From contig OZ250160.1 of the NCBI GenBank assembly GCA_965237835.1, positions 1,225,439 to 1,289,438 of the forward strand: a DNA stretch of 64,000 nt, read 5' to 3'. Source of the stretch: Candidatus Poribacteria bacterium. Lineage in GTDB: Bacteria; Poribacteria; WGA-4E; WGA-3G. The notes below the pieces were generated by a model. The model had not been told where the DNA came from and made no database searches. It saw only the letters and a list, made by a program, of their open reading frames with translations. This document shows positions 49,260 through 59,188 of this stretch, in pieces; positions within the stretch are counted from its first letter, which is position 1; every line of letters starts with the position of its first letter. The position numbers and the translations under genes were made by a program.

Positions 49260-50396
49260 TTACATACCCATCAAAACCCGTAACCGATTAACCGTTTTTA
49301 TGACTTCATCGGCGACGATGTTCACCTCTTCCATCGTGTTGTAACGTCCTAAACCGAAACGGACAGTAGTTACCGCCAATTCATTGGGAATGCCCATTGC
49401 AACTAACACGTGTGATGCGGTGACAGATTCGGAATCACAGGCTGAACCTGTTGATACTGCAACACTTTTAAGCCCCATCAAGAGCGCATGACTTTGTACC
49501 CTCGCAAAACAGAGATTCAAGTTCCCCAACAAACGTTTTTCAGGATGACCGTTGAGATGGATGTCTGTTAACTGAGATGCTAATTTTTGATGGAGTGCAT
49601 CGCGCAAAGGTGCAACGATTTTTTCCTCCGTTTTCATTTCCATTGCAGTTTGACATGCTTCACACGCAGTACCTAAACCGACAATCCCTGCTATATTTAA
49701 TGTTCCGGGTCGGATACCATCTTCCTGACCGCCGCCATAAAAATGCGGTTTCAGACGATTTTCACCCTGAATGTAAAGTGCCCCGATGCCTTTCGGACCA
49801 TAAATTTTATGGGCAGTAATTGATGCCATATCAAGTCCCAACACATCCACATTCGATTCAAGTTTTCCGATGCCTTGCACCGCATCTGAATGAAAGAGTA
49901 CGCCGTGTTTAGCAGCGATAGCAGCGATTTCACGGATTGGATTGATAGTACCTACCTCGTTATTAGCGTACATGAAACTCATCAAAATAGTCTTTGATGT
50001 GATGGCAGCTTCAACATCGCCAGGGTCTACCATCCCATACCTATCTACAGGTAAATAGGTGGTTTCAAAACCTTCTGTGTCTAAGGCGTGACATGTATCA
50101 AGTACTGCGTGGTGCTCCGCCGTGCTGGTGATGATGTGGTTCCCTTTATTTTTATGTGCGTAGGCAGTTCCTCTAATCGCAAGATTGTCAGATTCTGTTG
50201 CACCACTTGTGAAAATTATCTCTTCTGGTGAGCAGCAAAGTAGATTTGCGACTTGGTGTCTCGCCTTGTCCACTGCATCCTTGGCGTCAACACCGAACGG
50301 ATGTGTACTGGCTGCATTGCCAAAATGTGTGGTTAAATACGGCAGCATTGCGTCTAACACTTCTGGCGCGATTGGTGTTGTTGCATGGTTGTCCAT
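49260..50396 (-). CDS. cysteine desulfurase (class V aminotransferase, NifS/IscS-like)
   Basis: MDNHATTP start, SGATESDN, PLP-lysine context SITAHKIYGPKG. Confidence 0.85.
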   Translation of the reverse strand: MDNHATTPIAPEVLDAMLPYLTTHFGNAASTHPFGVDAKDAVDKARHQVANLLCCSPEEIIFTSGATESDNLAIRGTAYAHKNKGNHIITSTAEHHAVLDTCHALDTEGFETTYLPVDRYGMVDPGDVEAAITSKTILMSFMYANNEVGTINPIREIAAIAAKHGVLFHSDAVQGIGKLESNVDVLGLDMASITAHKIYGPKGIGALYIQGENRLKPHFYGGGQEDGIRPGTLNIAGIVGLGTACEACQTAMEMKTEEKIVAPLRDALHQKLASQLTDIHLNGHPEKRLLGNLNLCFARVQSHALLMGLKSVAVSTGSACDSESVTASHVLVAMGIPNELAVTTVRFGLGRYNTMEEVNIVADEVIKTVNRLRVLMGM

Positions 50397-50486
50397 GTAG
50401 ATGAGGTTGCTCACGCTATCATTCCTTATGCGAAAGACACACAGTACTTCTTTGGGTGAAGACATACTGAGTGTGCCTATTACTAT

Positions 50487-51524
50487 TTAAAGACGGTCTC
50501 TGAACATGTCCATCAATCCATCAGGCGGATCAAATGGTAGTTCAATAATGGTGTTAGTCAAACCGCTATAATAGATACCGAGGAGCAGATTGAATTCCGC
50601 GAGCGATTGAGGCAGATTCGTTGGATGTTTCTTGCTGTCATCGTCAAGCCAATCAAACATAGCTTCTGTTAAATTGGTTTGAGCGACTGCGTTTTGGTCA
50701 CCGTAACTCAGATTTCCACCTTCATATCCACCGTCTGGTGTGTAACGTTCCCAACTTTCAAAACGCCAGTGGACAAACCCTTTTTCGCCAAAGACACAGA
50801 CGCGCTTATGTCGACTACTGCCTGTTTCCGGCAATACACGCGGTGCCATCTCCGGTCCGAAAGCAACTGAGACTTGCACACCGTTTTCATAGGTGACCAA
50901 TCCTGTTGCGTTTGCGGGTGAAGGTTGTGCTCCATCCAGATTGCCAGTCCCTGCGATTTGTCCCATCACTCTCACAGGTTGAGAGTTGTCAATATAGGAG
51001 GAGACTAACTGAAGTACGTGCGGTGCTTGGTCTACGGGTGCGTTACGTGCGCTTGCTTCAATAAACTTAATTGCACCTATTTTGCCTTCTGCTACATCCC
51101 GTTTTAATTCAATATTTTTGGGATGGAAGTTGAGTTGTGTGTTGATAGCGATCTTGGTTTTGGTGCGTTTGGAGAGTTCGTGAATTTGCCGCCAGTCTTC
51201 GCTCTCAACCGCGATCGGTTTTTCAATAACCACCGCGGGGACACCATGTTCTGAAGCCTGATTCAGCAGAGGATACCGTATCCGTTCATTGGAACCGCGC
51301 AAGACTGGTGCAGTCACAATGTGTAAAAGATCGGGTTTTTCCTTGGAGAGCATCTCATCAAAGTCGGTATATCGGGCATCAATACCGAAATTTTCGCCGA
51401 ACTCGTTAAGTAGGTCTTCCTTCATATCGCAGATAGCGGCGAGTTTTCCGCCTTTAACATTATCATAGGCACGGGCGTGCGCACGCGCACGTCCACGACA
51501 TCCTAAAATTGCACACTTGTACAT
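50487..51524 (-). CDS. Gfo/Idh/MocA family oxidoreductase
   Basis: 345 aa; N-terminal Rossmann AILGCRGRA... Confidence 0.7.
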   Translation of the reverse strand: MYKCAILGCRGRARAHARAYDNVKGGKLAAICDMKEDLLNEFGENFGIDARYTDFDEMLSKEKPDLLHIVTAPVLRGSNERIRYPLLNQASEHGVPAVVIEKPIAVESEDWRQIHELSKRTKTKIAINTQLNFHPKNIELKRDVAEGKIGAIKFIEASARNAPVDQAPHVLQLVSSYIDNSQPVRVMGQIAGTGNLDGAQPSPANATGLVTYENGVQVSVAFGPEMAPRVLPETGSSRHKRVCVFGEKGFVHWRFESWERYTPDGGYEGGNLSYGDQNAVAQTNLTEAMFDWLDDDSKKHPTNLPQSLAEFNLLLGIYYSGLTNTIIELPFDPPDGLMDMFRDRL

Positions 51525-51539
51525 AACAATTCTCCAATA

Positions 51540-52070
51540 GTATTAACCTATACATTTCCGAACAGTGTTAGACATTGTTCTTCTTGCATAGTTTGCAAGT
51601 TGCTTATAGAAAGCAACCAGGGTTTATCTACCAAAGCACGTAGAAAGATTCCACGTGCGCCATTGAGGTCTCTGTCCATCGTCATACCGAAGTTGTCTTT
51701 GATGATTTTCTGATGATTTTCTTTCCACCGAGTGTCCTGATTATCTCACCCATCCATGAAATTGTTTTTGATGTATAGGCTTCTGAAACATCAATCACGA
51801 TAACCCCTGCTTCTTTTGCTTTATGCTTTAGAAACGCTTTAAATCTAAAGTGTGAAAGCGTCAGCATCTGCCTAATAGTTTTTTATGTAGTTTCCGTGAA
51901 CCCCGGTGGGTCATCTGTGATGTCTCAAAAGTTGTATCTATGCTGACCTCCTTCAGTCCGTATAAAATCGATCTTACCCGCATTTGCCAAACGCCTTAGA
52001 TGATCAGGCGTCCAGTCAAGTATCTCACTTGTTTTCTTTGCTGAAATATAGGGCATAGTCAGATTGTACC
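51540..52070 (-). pseudogene. degraded IS607-like remnant: tnpA MerR-type HTH fragment plus tnpB fragments
   Basis: Reverse-strand MPYISAKKTSEILDWTPDHLRRLANAGKIDFIRTEGGQHRY then stop; downstream frame ...VIVIDVSEAYTSKT (TnpB RuvC-II motif); multiple stops. Confidence 0.5.
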
Positions 52071-52384
52071 ATATTTTGTCCGTAAATCTCCAGAAAAAAT
52101 GTTACTGTTACCGAACCCTATGAAGATTCATCCAATGCCCATGTTATACCAAATCTGATAAATAAAATACCATTACAGAGTATTTAGGACATTTTAAAGC
52201 GCATCTTATGTTACGTCCAAGAGGCGCGTGAATTGCGCGAGGACAAACGGGTTTTTTGTTAATGTGATGCCATCATTCAGAAATGGTATTAGTTTAGGGA
52301 ATTATGAGTATATGTTGCACATGTATGTTTATCAGATGCGAAAATTAGAGCAGCATTGTTGAAAACCTGCAATATGGAAATTTA

Positions 52385-52585
52385 ACATAACGTGAGTTCG
52401 ATATTTGATTCCAAGTGCCTGTCCAAAAGATAAAAAAGAGTTGGGTTTCACTCATTTTTCTGTCCTTTCAGTCTAAATGGAGGATGAATCACGCTTTTAT
52501 GTCGGATTTTATTGTGGATTCCGTTCTACCCAACCTACAGTAGGCATTGAATCTTTTTATCGAACTCACGTTAACATACATTTAC
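52385..52585. repeat. family-H MITE-like element
   Basis: TIRs ttaacataacgtgagttcgata / tatcgaactcacgttaacata; interior shared (reverse complement) with 18541-18610. Confidence 0.75.
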
Positions 52586-52587
52586 CC

Positions 52588-53316
52588 TCAAGTTCCTGAA
52601 ATGATGACGCATACAGTATCCATTGTCATAGCAACGAGCCAGTGAATCGCCGCGCCATAGATAAAAGAACGGGTTTCTAATGCGAGTACACCAAGCAGTA
52701 CGCCTGCAATAATTGAACCGAGTGCTTCGGGCAAAGGTTTGGAAAAGTGCATCACAGCGAATGGAATTGTCTGGATTAAAATACTGTAGTTTCCAAATCT
52801 TTTCTCTAATCCAAAGAGCATAAATCCGCGAAAGAAGAATTCCCACGAAAACATGTAAACACCATAGGCAAGTTGGTAGGGTAGGAATGCTGTCCAACTA
52901 CTTGCAACTGCCTTGCAAAACGGATACTTAGCTAAAAATGGTGGATACACTTTAACTGCTATGATAACCACAGGTATCATCAGAATCCATGCCGCAAATG
53001 TCACACCCCAACCGAGTTTCTGCTTTCCCAAACGAATTCCGTAATCACTCAGTTTCTGTTTTGTCCCAAATAAAGCAAGAAGGATAGGAATCAGTAACAA
53101 CGAAATTGCTGTGCTCAAAAACCAGTAGTAGTAAGGGTGGCTTTCTACCAACGGCAGGTTATCAAAATAGGTTGCTAAATTAGTGCGAAAAAAACCTGTT
53201 TTGTTATATCTTTTATGTAGTGTCAATAAAAGAGCAGAACTGAGTAAAATGATCGTTGTTTGGCTTTCCCAACCTTGTAGATATTTTTGTCTTAATGTTT
53301 GTATATATGATTTCAT
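52588..53316 (-). CDS. CPBP-family (CAAX-like) intramembrane metalloprotease
   Basis: 242 aa; EFFFRGFM (EExxxR-like), FAVMHF, AIHW His motifs; TGA stop. Confidence 0.75.
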   Translation of the reverse strand: MKSYIQTLRQKYLQGWESQTTIILLSSALLLTLHKRYNKTGFFRTNLATYFDNLPLVESHPYYYWFLSTAISLLLIPILLALFGTKQKLSDYGIRLGKQKLGWGVTFAAWILMIPVVIIAVKVYPPFLAKYPFCKAVASSWTAFLPYQLAYGVYMFSWEFFFRGFMLFGLEKRFGNYSILIQTIPFAVMHFSKPLPEALGSIIAGVLLGVLALETRSFIYGAAIHWLVAMTMDTVCVIISGT

Positions 53317-53395
53317 CTTGACTCACTGTCCGTTTTGAGTTATTATACCGTGACGAGAAGAAATTAGCAATTGGTAGGAATAGAAGAATCACAAG

Positions 53396-54433
53396 ATGTT
53401 TGCACCAAAGCAGATTAACCGTATCTTAATCATCAGACTTGCACCGCTGGGGGAAACGGTATTAACAACACCTGTCATCCGAGCCTTACGTCAACATTTT
53501 CGATATGCCCACATCGCATACATGGCAGCACCGACACGAGAGGATTTGGTATCTGCAAACCCACACTTGAATGAGGTTTTAACTTATCAGTCTTCAGTAC
53601 CAAAACTTATTTATCAGTTTGTCAGAAGAAAGTTTGATATGGTGGTAGTTTTACAACCGACCTTCCGCTTGGTGCTTCACACATTCCTTGCCAGAATTCC
53701 GTTCCGCGTAGGGTTCGAAACCAATACTGGTGGGAAAAGGCTTTTGCACATCTCAGTGCCAAATAATACTGCCCAACACGAAACGCAGCGTTATCTTGAT
53801 GTTGTGCGTGCGCTTGATATTGAGATTACTGACGATGAACCTGAGGTTTTTGTTGATGATGCGGGTAAGGTATGGTGCGATGATTTTCTTCAAAACAGAA
53901 ATCTGAATGATGGCAAGTCGGTTATTGGTCTCAATCCTGGTGCAGCGACATCTTACCGCAGGTGGTCTGCGGACAATTTTGCTATTCTCGGCGATATGCT
54001 TCATGATGCGTACGGTGCCCATATCATCATCACAGCAGGACCGCGAGAGGGTGAACTTGCGCATCAGGTCGCAAAGCAAATGGTGTATTCACCAATTATT
54101 GTCAATGACACAACCCCGATGCAACTTGCTGCACTCTTGGAACGGTGTCATCTTTATATTAGCAACGATACGGGACCGATGCATCTGAGCACAGCAGTGA
54201 AAACCCCGACGATTGCGTTATTCGGCGGGTCAAACCCGACTCAGTGGGGACCCCCCTGGGAAAAACATACTGTGATTGCGCGACAAGGGTGTGAGTTTAT
54301 GCAAACACTATCACCTAAGGAGTGGGACGAACATGCCGATGCTGCACGTCAAAATCTCAATGCTATTAAACCTGAGATGGTTTTTGATGCTACGGAGAAG
54401 ATGAAATGGAAAACCCAAGACATGTCATCATAG
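53396..54433 (+). CDS. glycosyltransferase family 9 (LPS heptosyltransferase-like)
   Basis: 345 aa GT9 fold; ILIIRLAPLGETVLTTP N-terminus. Confidence 0.75.
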   Translation: MFAPKQINRILIIRLAPLGETVLTTPVIRALRQHFRYAHIAYMAAPTREDLVSANPHLNEVLTYQSSVPKLIYQFVRRKFDMVVVLQPTFRLVLHTFLARIPFRVGFETNTGGKRLLHISVPNNTAQHETQRYLDVVRALDIEITDDEPEVFVDDAGKVWCDDFLQNRNLNDGKSVIGLNPGAATSYRRWSADNFAILGDMLHDAYGAHIIITAGPREGELAHQVAKQMVYSPIIVNDTTPMQLAALLERCHLYISNDTGPMHLSTAVKTPTIALFGGSNPTQWGPPWEKHTVIARQGCEFMQTLSPKEWDEHADAARQNLNAIKPEMVFDATEKMKWKTQDMSS

Positions 54434-55872
54434 ACTGCTTAAAAGCCCTTCAAATACGGGCGCGCATACACACGATCATTCGCACAGTGACACAAACCCT
54501 CTTTTTGGCAATGTGTCTTCTTGCCGTACTATATGTAGGTATTCGTCTTGTTCTTTTTCCATTTTCTATGACACTTGTAACGCTTTTTGTGCTTATCGGA
54601 GCAGTTTTGTTCGGTATCTGTTTCGGCTTTAGAAATCGTAGAACACTGTCTGAGATTGCATGTTTTGTTGATGAACATTTGGAACTCAAGGAACGTGTCA
54701 GCACATCATTAGAATTGATACAGGAAAACCGACAACATGAGTTGGTAGAACTCCAAATACTTGATTCTGCAGAAGGTGTTGGAAAATTAGATTCAGCAAG
54801 GATTATGCCTTACGTTGCACCTCCTTTGCTAAAGTGGGTTTTGTTTCCGATGTTAATAATTGCGCTCTCTTTTACTGTGCCGCGTCAATATGAACTGCCT
54901 CAGCCGCCAACAGTCGCAGAACATGGAGCGATTGACAAGGCAATTGAAAACCTTTCAGATGAATTGACGAATATTGACAACCCGAATATCCGAGAAAAGA
55001 TTCATAAAACGATAGAAAGATTGAATAACGCTAAAGATGTTGCCACAGTCAATGAAGAACTGCGTGCCTTAAATAGTGAGGTACGGAAACAGAAATCAGA
55101 ATTTCCTGATGAGTCGGCAATAGCACAAGCCACACAAGCAACTCAACACTTCAACGGCATGGATTCCACCGCACTCACAAACGAACTTGAACGTCTTGCA
55201 GGACAAGCGAAACTTACACCTGAACTCCGCGCTGAACTCGCAAAACTCTTTGCAAAATTGGCGGAGAGTGTTCCGGAAGGGGAACTAAATAGCGCATTAG
55301 ATCAGATTCAGGGTAAAGAAGTTTCACCAGACACATTACAGGACATTGTTGATGCCCTTCTCCAACTTGATCAACTCAACCAACTTGAAGCACAACTGAC
55401 AGAGAGCAGAAAAGACATAGCATTAGCTAGTATTGAAACAGATCAATCTACCGGCGGGGTTGCCAATAGCGATGGTGCACCGGGACAAGAATCGGGGAAT
55501 TACGAGGCACAAGGCACGCAAGTGTCAGACGATGCTTCCGAATTTTCACCCTCTGTTGATGACACTATACCTATTTCTGATGATAATGATAACGTAAAAC
55601 CGCTCACTGGCGATAAAACACCATCATTGAAGATAATAGGTAATGAACTAAAATTAAATTCAGAGACTGCATCAGGTATACAGAGTTTTACAAGAGTCTT
55701 CACTGGAAAAGCAGGTAATGCTGTAGATGAACCTGACTATATGCCGTTTAGCGATGTGGTTCTTATAACTCAACGTGAGTATGCTCAGGCTATTGAGAAC
55801 AATCGAATCCCTACGCGATACCGATCACAAATTAAAGCCTATCTGGAGGCAATTGCTAAAATTGATGAATAG
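54406..55872 (+). CDS. hypothetical membrane-anchored coiled-coil protein (paralog of 5071..6558)
   Basis: 488 aa; two N-terminal TM helices, shared ERVSTSLELIQ segment and C-terminal ...YLEAIAKIDE vs ...YFESIKPTEE. Confidence 0.6.
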   Translation: MENPRHVIIDCLKALQIRARIHTIIRTVTQTLFLAMCLLAVLYVGIRLVLFPFSMTLVTLFVLIGAVLFGICFGFRNRRTLSEIACFVDEHLELKERVSTSLELIQENRQHELVELQILDSAEGVGKLDSARIMPYVAPPLLKWVLFPMLIIALSFTVPRQYELPQPPTVAEHGAIDKAIENLSDELTNIDNPNIREKIHKTIERLNNAKDVATVNEELRALNSEVRKQKSEFPDESAIAQATQATQHFNGMDSTALTNELERLAGQAKLTPELRAELAKLFAKLAESVPEGELNSALDQIQGKEVSPDTLQDIVDALLQLDQLNQLEAQLTESRKDIALASIETDQSTGGVANSDGAPGQESGNYEAQGTQVSDDASEFSPSVDDTIPISDDNDNVKPLTGDKTPSLKIIGNELKLNSETASGIQSFTRVFTGKAGNAVDEPDYMPFSDVVLITQREYAQAIENNRIPTRYRSQIKAYLEAIAKIDE

Positions 55873-56539
55873 TAAGGTGATCCGAGTTATTATCGCTATA
55901 GGGATGATAGTATCAATTTATCTTCTTTTAAGACATTACGGAATAACCGAGAACATTGATCCTAAGAATACCCATAAAATGAAAGAATGGGTTTCGGGTT
56001 TCGGAATAATCGCACCGTTAATCTATATCTGCATTTACGTTGTTGCGACACTTTTCTTTTTACCGGGTCTTCCTGTAACAGTGATCGGAGGCATTGCCTT
56101 TGGTCCGGTGTGGGGTGTTGTTTATGTATGGACTGGTGCGACTATTGGAGTATCCCTTGCTTTCCTTGTTTCACGTTATGTAGCACGCGGACTTGTTGAA
56201 AGTTGGGTTGCAGGTAACACACAATTTGGAAAAATAGATGAAAAGGTGGAACAACAAGGGTGGCGTATATTGATGTTGACGCGTTTAGTCCCTATTTTTC
56301 CTTTTAATTTACAAAACTATGCTTATGGTTTAACCAAAATAAAGTTTCCGACCTATGTGCTTGTTTCAGCGATTTTTATGTTGCCCGGAACTATAGCATA
56401 CGTTCAGATCGGTGGTGCGCTTGTCAGTGGCGAAGGGAGTCTGTTGAAGACTTTCGTTTATTTATCTATTGCTGCTGTTCTCATACTCTTAGTTTCTCTC
56501 ATTCCGAAATTTCTACGTAAACGTCAAGCAGATTTATAG
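55865..56539 (+). CDS. TVP38/TMEM64 (DedA-like) family membrane protein
   Basis: Start MNSKVIR overlaps upstream stop (ATGAATAG); VTVIGGIAFGPVWGVVYVWTGATIG motif. Confidence 0.7.
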   Translation: MNSKVIRVIIAIGMIVSIYLLLRHYGITENIDPKNTHKMKEWVSGFGIIAPLIYICIYVVATLFFLPGLPVTVIGGIAFGPVWGVVYVWTGATIGVSLAFLVSRYVARGLVESWVAGNTQFGKIDEKVEQQGWRILMLTRLVPIFPFNLQNYAYGLTKIKFPTYVLVSAIFMLPGTIAYVQIGGALVSGEGSLLKTFVYLSIAAVLILLVSLIPKFLRKRQADL

Positions 56540-57901
56540 CGATTTACTTTCTTTGCGAATTAACGTCTCTACAGCAGTGAGTGCTTCAGTCCGCGTCTGG
56601 ATCTCTCCATAAAACTGTTGATCCTCAATTTGTTTCAACAACGTTCCAATTTCCCTTCCTTCCTTCAGTTGAAACTCCCGAATCAGATCCTCACCCGTGA
56701 TAAGTCGTCCCTGTTTGAGAATTGGTAGTAGATGTTCGTAATAGGTGTCTACGATTTGTTTAAGGACTTGTTCGGAAATCGGATGCATGGCTGCCGAGAA
56801 TAGAAGTACGCCCCACCAATCGGCTGCCGAACTTCTCAAAAAATTGATTATCTGCTTCTTTGTCAATTTTCTATCTGAAAGGTGTTGATACCCATTAACG
56901 AGACACTTCATAAACTGATCTGCTTTTCGACTCAGTTGAAGTTGATTGCCAACGCCTTTGAGATTTTTCTGCAGAAGTATACAGAGTTTGATTAATGACC
57001 GCCTATTTGCTTCTAAACCTAATTCTTCGATAAGATAGGTATTGATTACATTTTTATAGGAGCAAAGCGGTTCAGGAATTGGATTATCCTCAAAGTTTTC
57101 TAATGGATGCCACAAGGCACGTGTTTGTTCTATATCTGGAAAAACGTGTGCTAACAAACCTATCTCAAGCATTTTCTGCAGATAGGTGTTTGATTTCTCA
57201 ACATTGAGTATTTTCAAAAATTCATACCGAATCCGTTCCTTTGAAACACTCGGTAATAAATGTTGATGTTTTTGAACTAAGTTAGTGGATTTTTGAGGTA
57301 TTTGAAAATCCAACTGTGCAGCGAATCGAAAAATTCGTAATAGACGTAGCGGATCGTCAAGTATGACTTGTTCACTTGGAAACCGTAGTTGACGTGTTGC
57401 TAAGTCATTAGTGCCGTTGCATGGATCAATTATTTCAAGATGACTGGATTCCATTATCGATTCAAGTGGAATCGCCATTGCATTGATTGTTAGATCGCGC
57501 AAACGTAGGTCATCCGTGAGAGATGCGGCTCGAAATTGTGTGAAGTCTATGCTCAATTCCGTTGTTGTAAGATGCGGTGTTCTAACAATAACGCGAGCGG
57601 TAGGTGGTTGTTCTTCAAGCGGAACAAAAGGTCCCTTGATGCTGTCAGCGAACATTTTAGCAAAGGGAATGGCATTTGATTTCAAAGTGAAATCAAAATC
57701 TGTTATTGGTCGGTTGAGCAGCATATCCCGCACACTACCCCCTACAAGATAGAGTTGGACCCTATGCTTCTTAGCTAAACCGTCCAGTTCTCGTATTAAA
57801 GGCATGTTACGTAATTGTTGGGATTCAAGGGCTTCTTTATTCATTGGTTGCACGTGCTTTCCGCCGTTGTGCTTTGCGTGAGCGGAATAAAATACCATCA
57901 A
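56534..57901 (-). CDS. cca: CCA tRNA nucleotidyltransferase / poly(A) polymerase family enzyme with HD domain
   Basis: 455 aa; LYLVGGSVRDMLL...DFDF, RRDLTINAMA motifs. Confidence 0.8.
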   Translation of the reverse strand: MMVFYSAHAKHNGGKHVQPMNKEALESQQLRNMPLIRELDGLAKKHRVQLYLVGGSVRDMLLNRPITDFDFTLKSNAIPFAKMFADSIKGPFVPLEEQPPTARVIVRTPHLTTTELSIDFTQFRAASLTDDLRLRDLTINAMAIPLESIMESSHLEIIDPCNGTNDLATRQLRFPSEQVILDDPLRLLRIFRFAAQLDFQIPQKSTNLVQKHQHLLPSVSKERIRYEFLKILNVEKSNTYLQKMLEIGLLAHVFPDIEQTRALWHPLENFEDNPIPEPLCSYKNVINTYLIEELGLEANRRSLIKLCILLQKNLKGVGNQLQLSRKADQFMKCLVNGYQHLSDRKLTKKQIINFLRSSAADWWGVLLFSAAMHPISEQVLKQIVDTYYEHLLPILKQGRLITGEDLIREFQLKEGREIGTLLKQIEDQQFYGEIQTRTEALTAVETLIRKESKSL

Positions 57902-58472
57902 GATAGAGATGTGTTGCGTAACCGATGAATCCAGCTACATAGAATGCAAGACCGCTCCGCAAGGTATCGGGAAGACTCTCCCACGTTATCAACGAATCAA
58001 ATAAATCAGGCAGATCTTTCCATCCAGTTCCCCAATTCGGGTACTCCATATAGATTGGGATTACCAGAAACAAACTTGGCAGCAAAATCATGGTAATTTT
58101 TGAATGAGTCCATCCGCGATGCTTGCTAAGAATTGGGAGCATCGCAAATAACCCTAAAAGTGCCGCCTCTAAGTACCTGTGCAGGAAGAAAATGAGCGAA
58201 GCATTCAGAACAAACAGGACACTATAAAAGATTTTTTGGCTTTTGCTCTTAATATCTACATCGGGCCACAATCCGAACAGCAATGCAATAGCGAAACAGC
58301 CAAGGATTCCCAGTGGACCCGTTGAAATAGTTGGATTCCAGTCAAATGGTAACTCGTATAAGATTGAAACAGAGATTGTTGCTATAAGCGAAACCCCGAA
58401 AAAGGTGCTGTAGGCAGCCAATCCACCGCGCCAATGTTCTCGAAACATACTCATAATATTATAGTATAACAT
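57837..58472 (-). CDS. YdjM/DUF457-like membrane-bound metal-dependent hydrolase
   Basis: 211 aa polytopic; HRGWTHS motif. Confidence 0.55.
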   Translation of the reverse strand: MLYYNIMSMFREHWRGGLAAYSTFFGVSLIATISVSILYELPFDWNPTISTGPLGILGCFAIALLFGLWPDVDIKSKSQKIFYSVLFVLNASLIFFLHRYLEAALLGLFAMLPILSKHRGWTHSKITMILLPSLFLVIPIYMEYPNWGTGWKDLPDLFDSLITWESLPDTLRSGLAFYVAGFIGYATHLYLDGILFRSRKAQRRKARATNE

Positions 58473-58585
58473 GCGCTATTGAAAAGTAAAAAGTATTTTG
58501 TTGTAAAGATCTTGCTGATCACTTGATAAATTTGGTATAATACATTGAATTAAATAGGTTCAAAAACACCGAGTTTTCCGCTAAT

Positions 58586-58676
58586 ACCAAATTAACTTGA
58601 TTCAAAGTTTTTTTGATATAGCACACGGTTGCGAGGCACGGGGACCTCGCGCTACAAATCGCGTTAATTTGGTATT
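58586..58676. repeat. family-B MITE-like element with perfect 13-bp TIRs flanked by TA
   Basis: cTA ATACCAAATTAAC ... GTTAATTTGGTAT TAg. Confidence 0.85.
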
Positions 58677-58849
58677 AGCCACTACTACATCCCCGCCTTG
58701 AAAGGCGAGGTTTTGTAGCGGGAAACCTGATAAAACTTTACTCTGTATCAAATTTAATTTTTCACAAGGCTATTGGTTATGCTATACTTAAGTTTGATTA
58801 CTACAAAGGTCAAATTCTATTCGGTACTGATAGCGAAGGATGGAAGCGA

Positions 58850-59188
58850 ATGACACATACGAATACACAGGATTCCAACTACGACTGGGCATCAACACAG
58901 TACACCGATAAGGAAGCTTCGTTGTTGGTGATAATCCAAGAAAATTCACGATTGCCGGAAAGTGATCAATTGCGCTATCAGCAGTTATGGCGCAAATGTG
59001 AAAATGAAACTATAAGCGATGATGAACTCGTTGAGTATCAGATGCTGCTGAGTCAATTGGAAGATCGAAACCTGAAACGGATTGAAGCTCTCATGGCTTT
59101 AGCGCGATCCAGAGGAAATACATTAGAGGAAATTATTGCAGAATTAGGGATAAACAAACGCATTTTGATTATGGTGAAAAGGCGATGA
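58850..59188 (+). CDS. hypothetical protein, translationally coupled to downstream DUF3179 gene
   Basis: 112 aa; stop overlaps next start (ATGA); TGA stop. Confidence 0.5.
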   Translation: MTHTNTQDSNYDWASTQYTDKEASLLVIIQENSRLPESDQLRYQQLWRKCENETISDDELVEYQMLLSQLEDRNLKRIEALMALARSRGNTLEEIIAELGINKRILIMVKRR

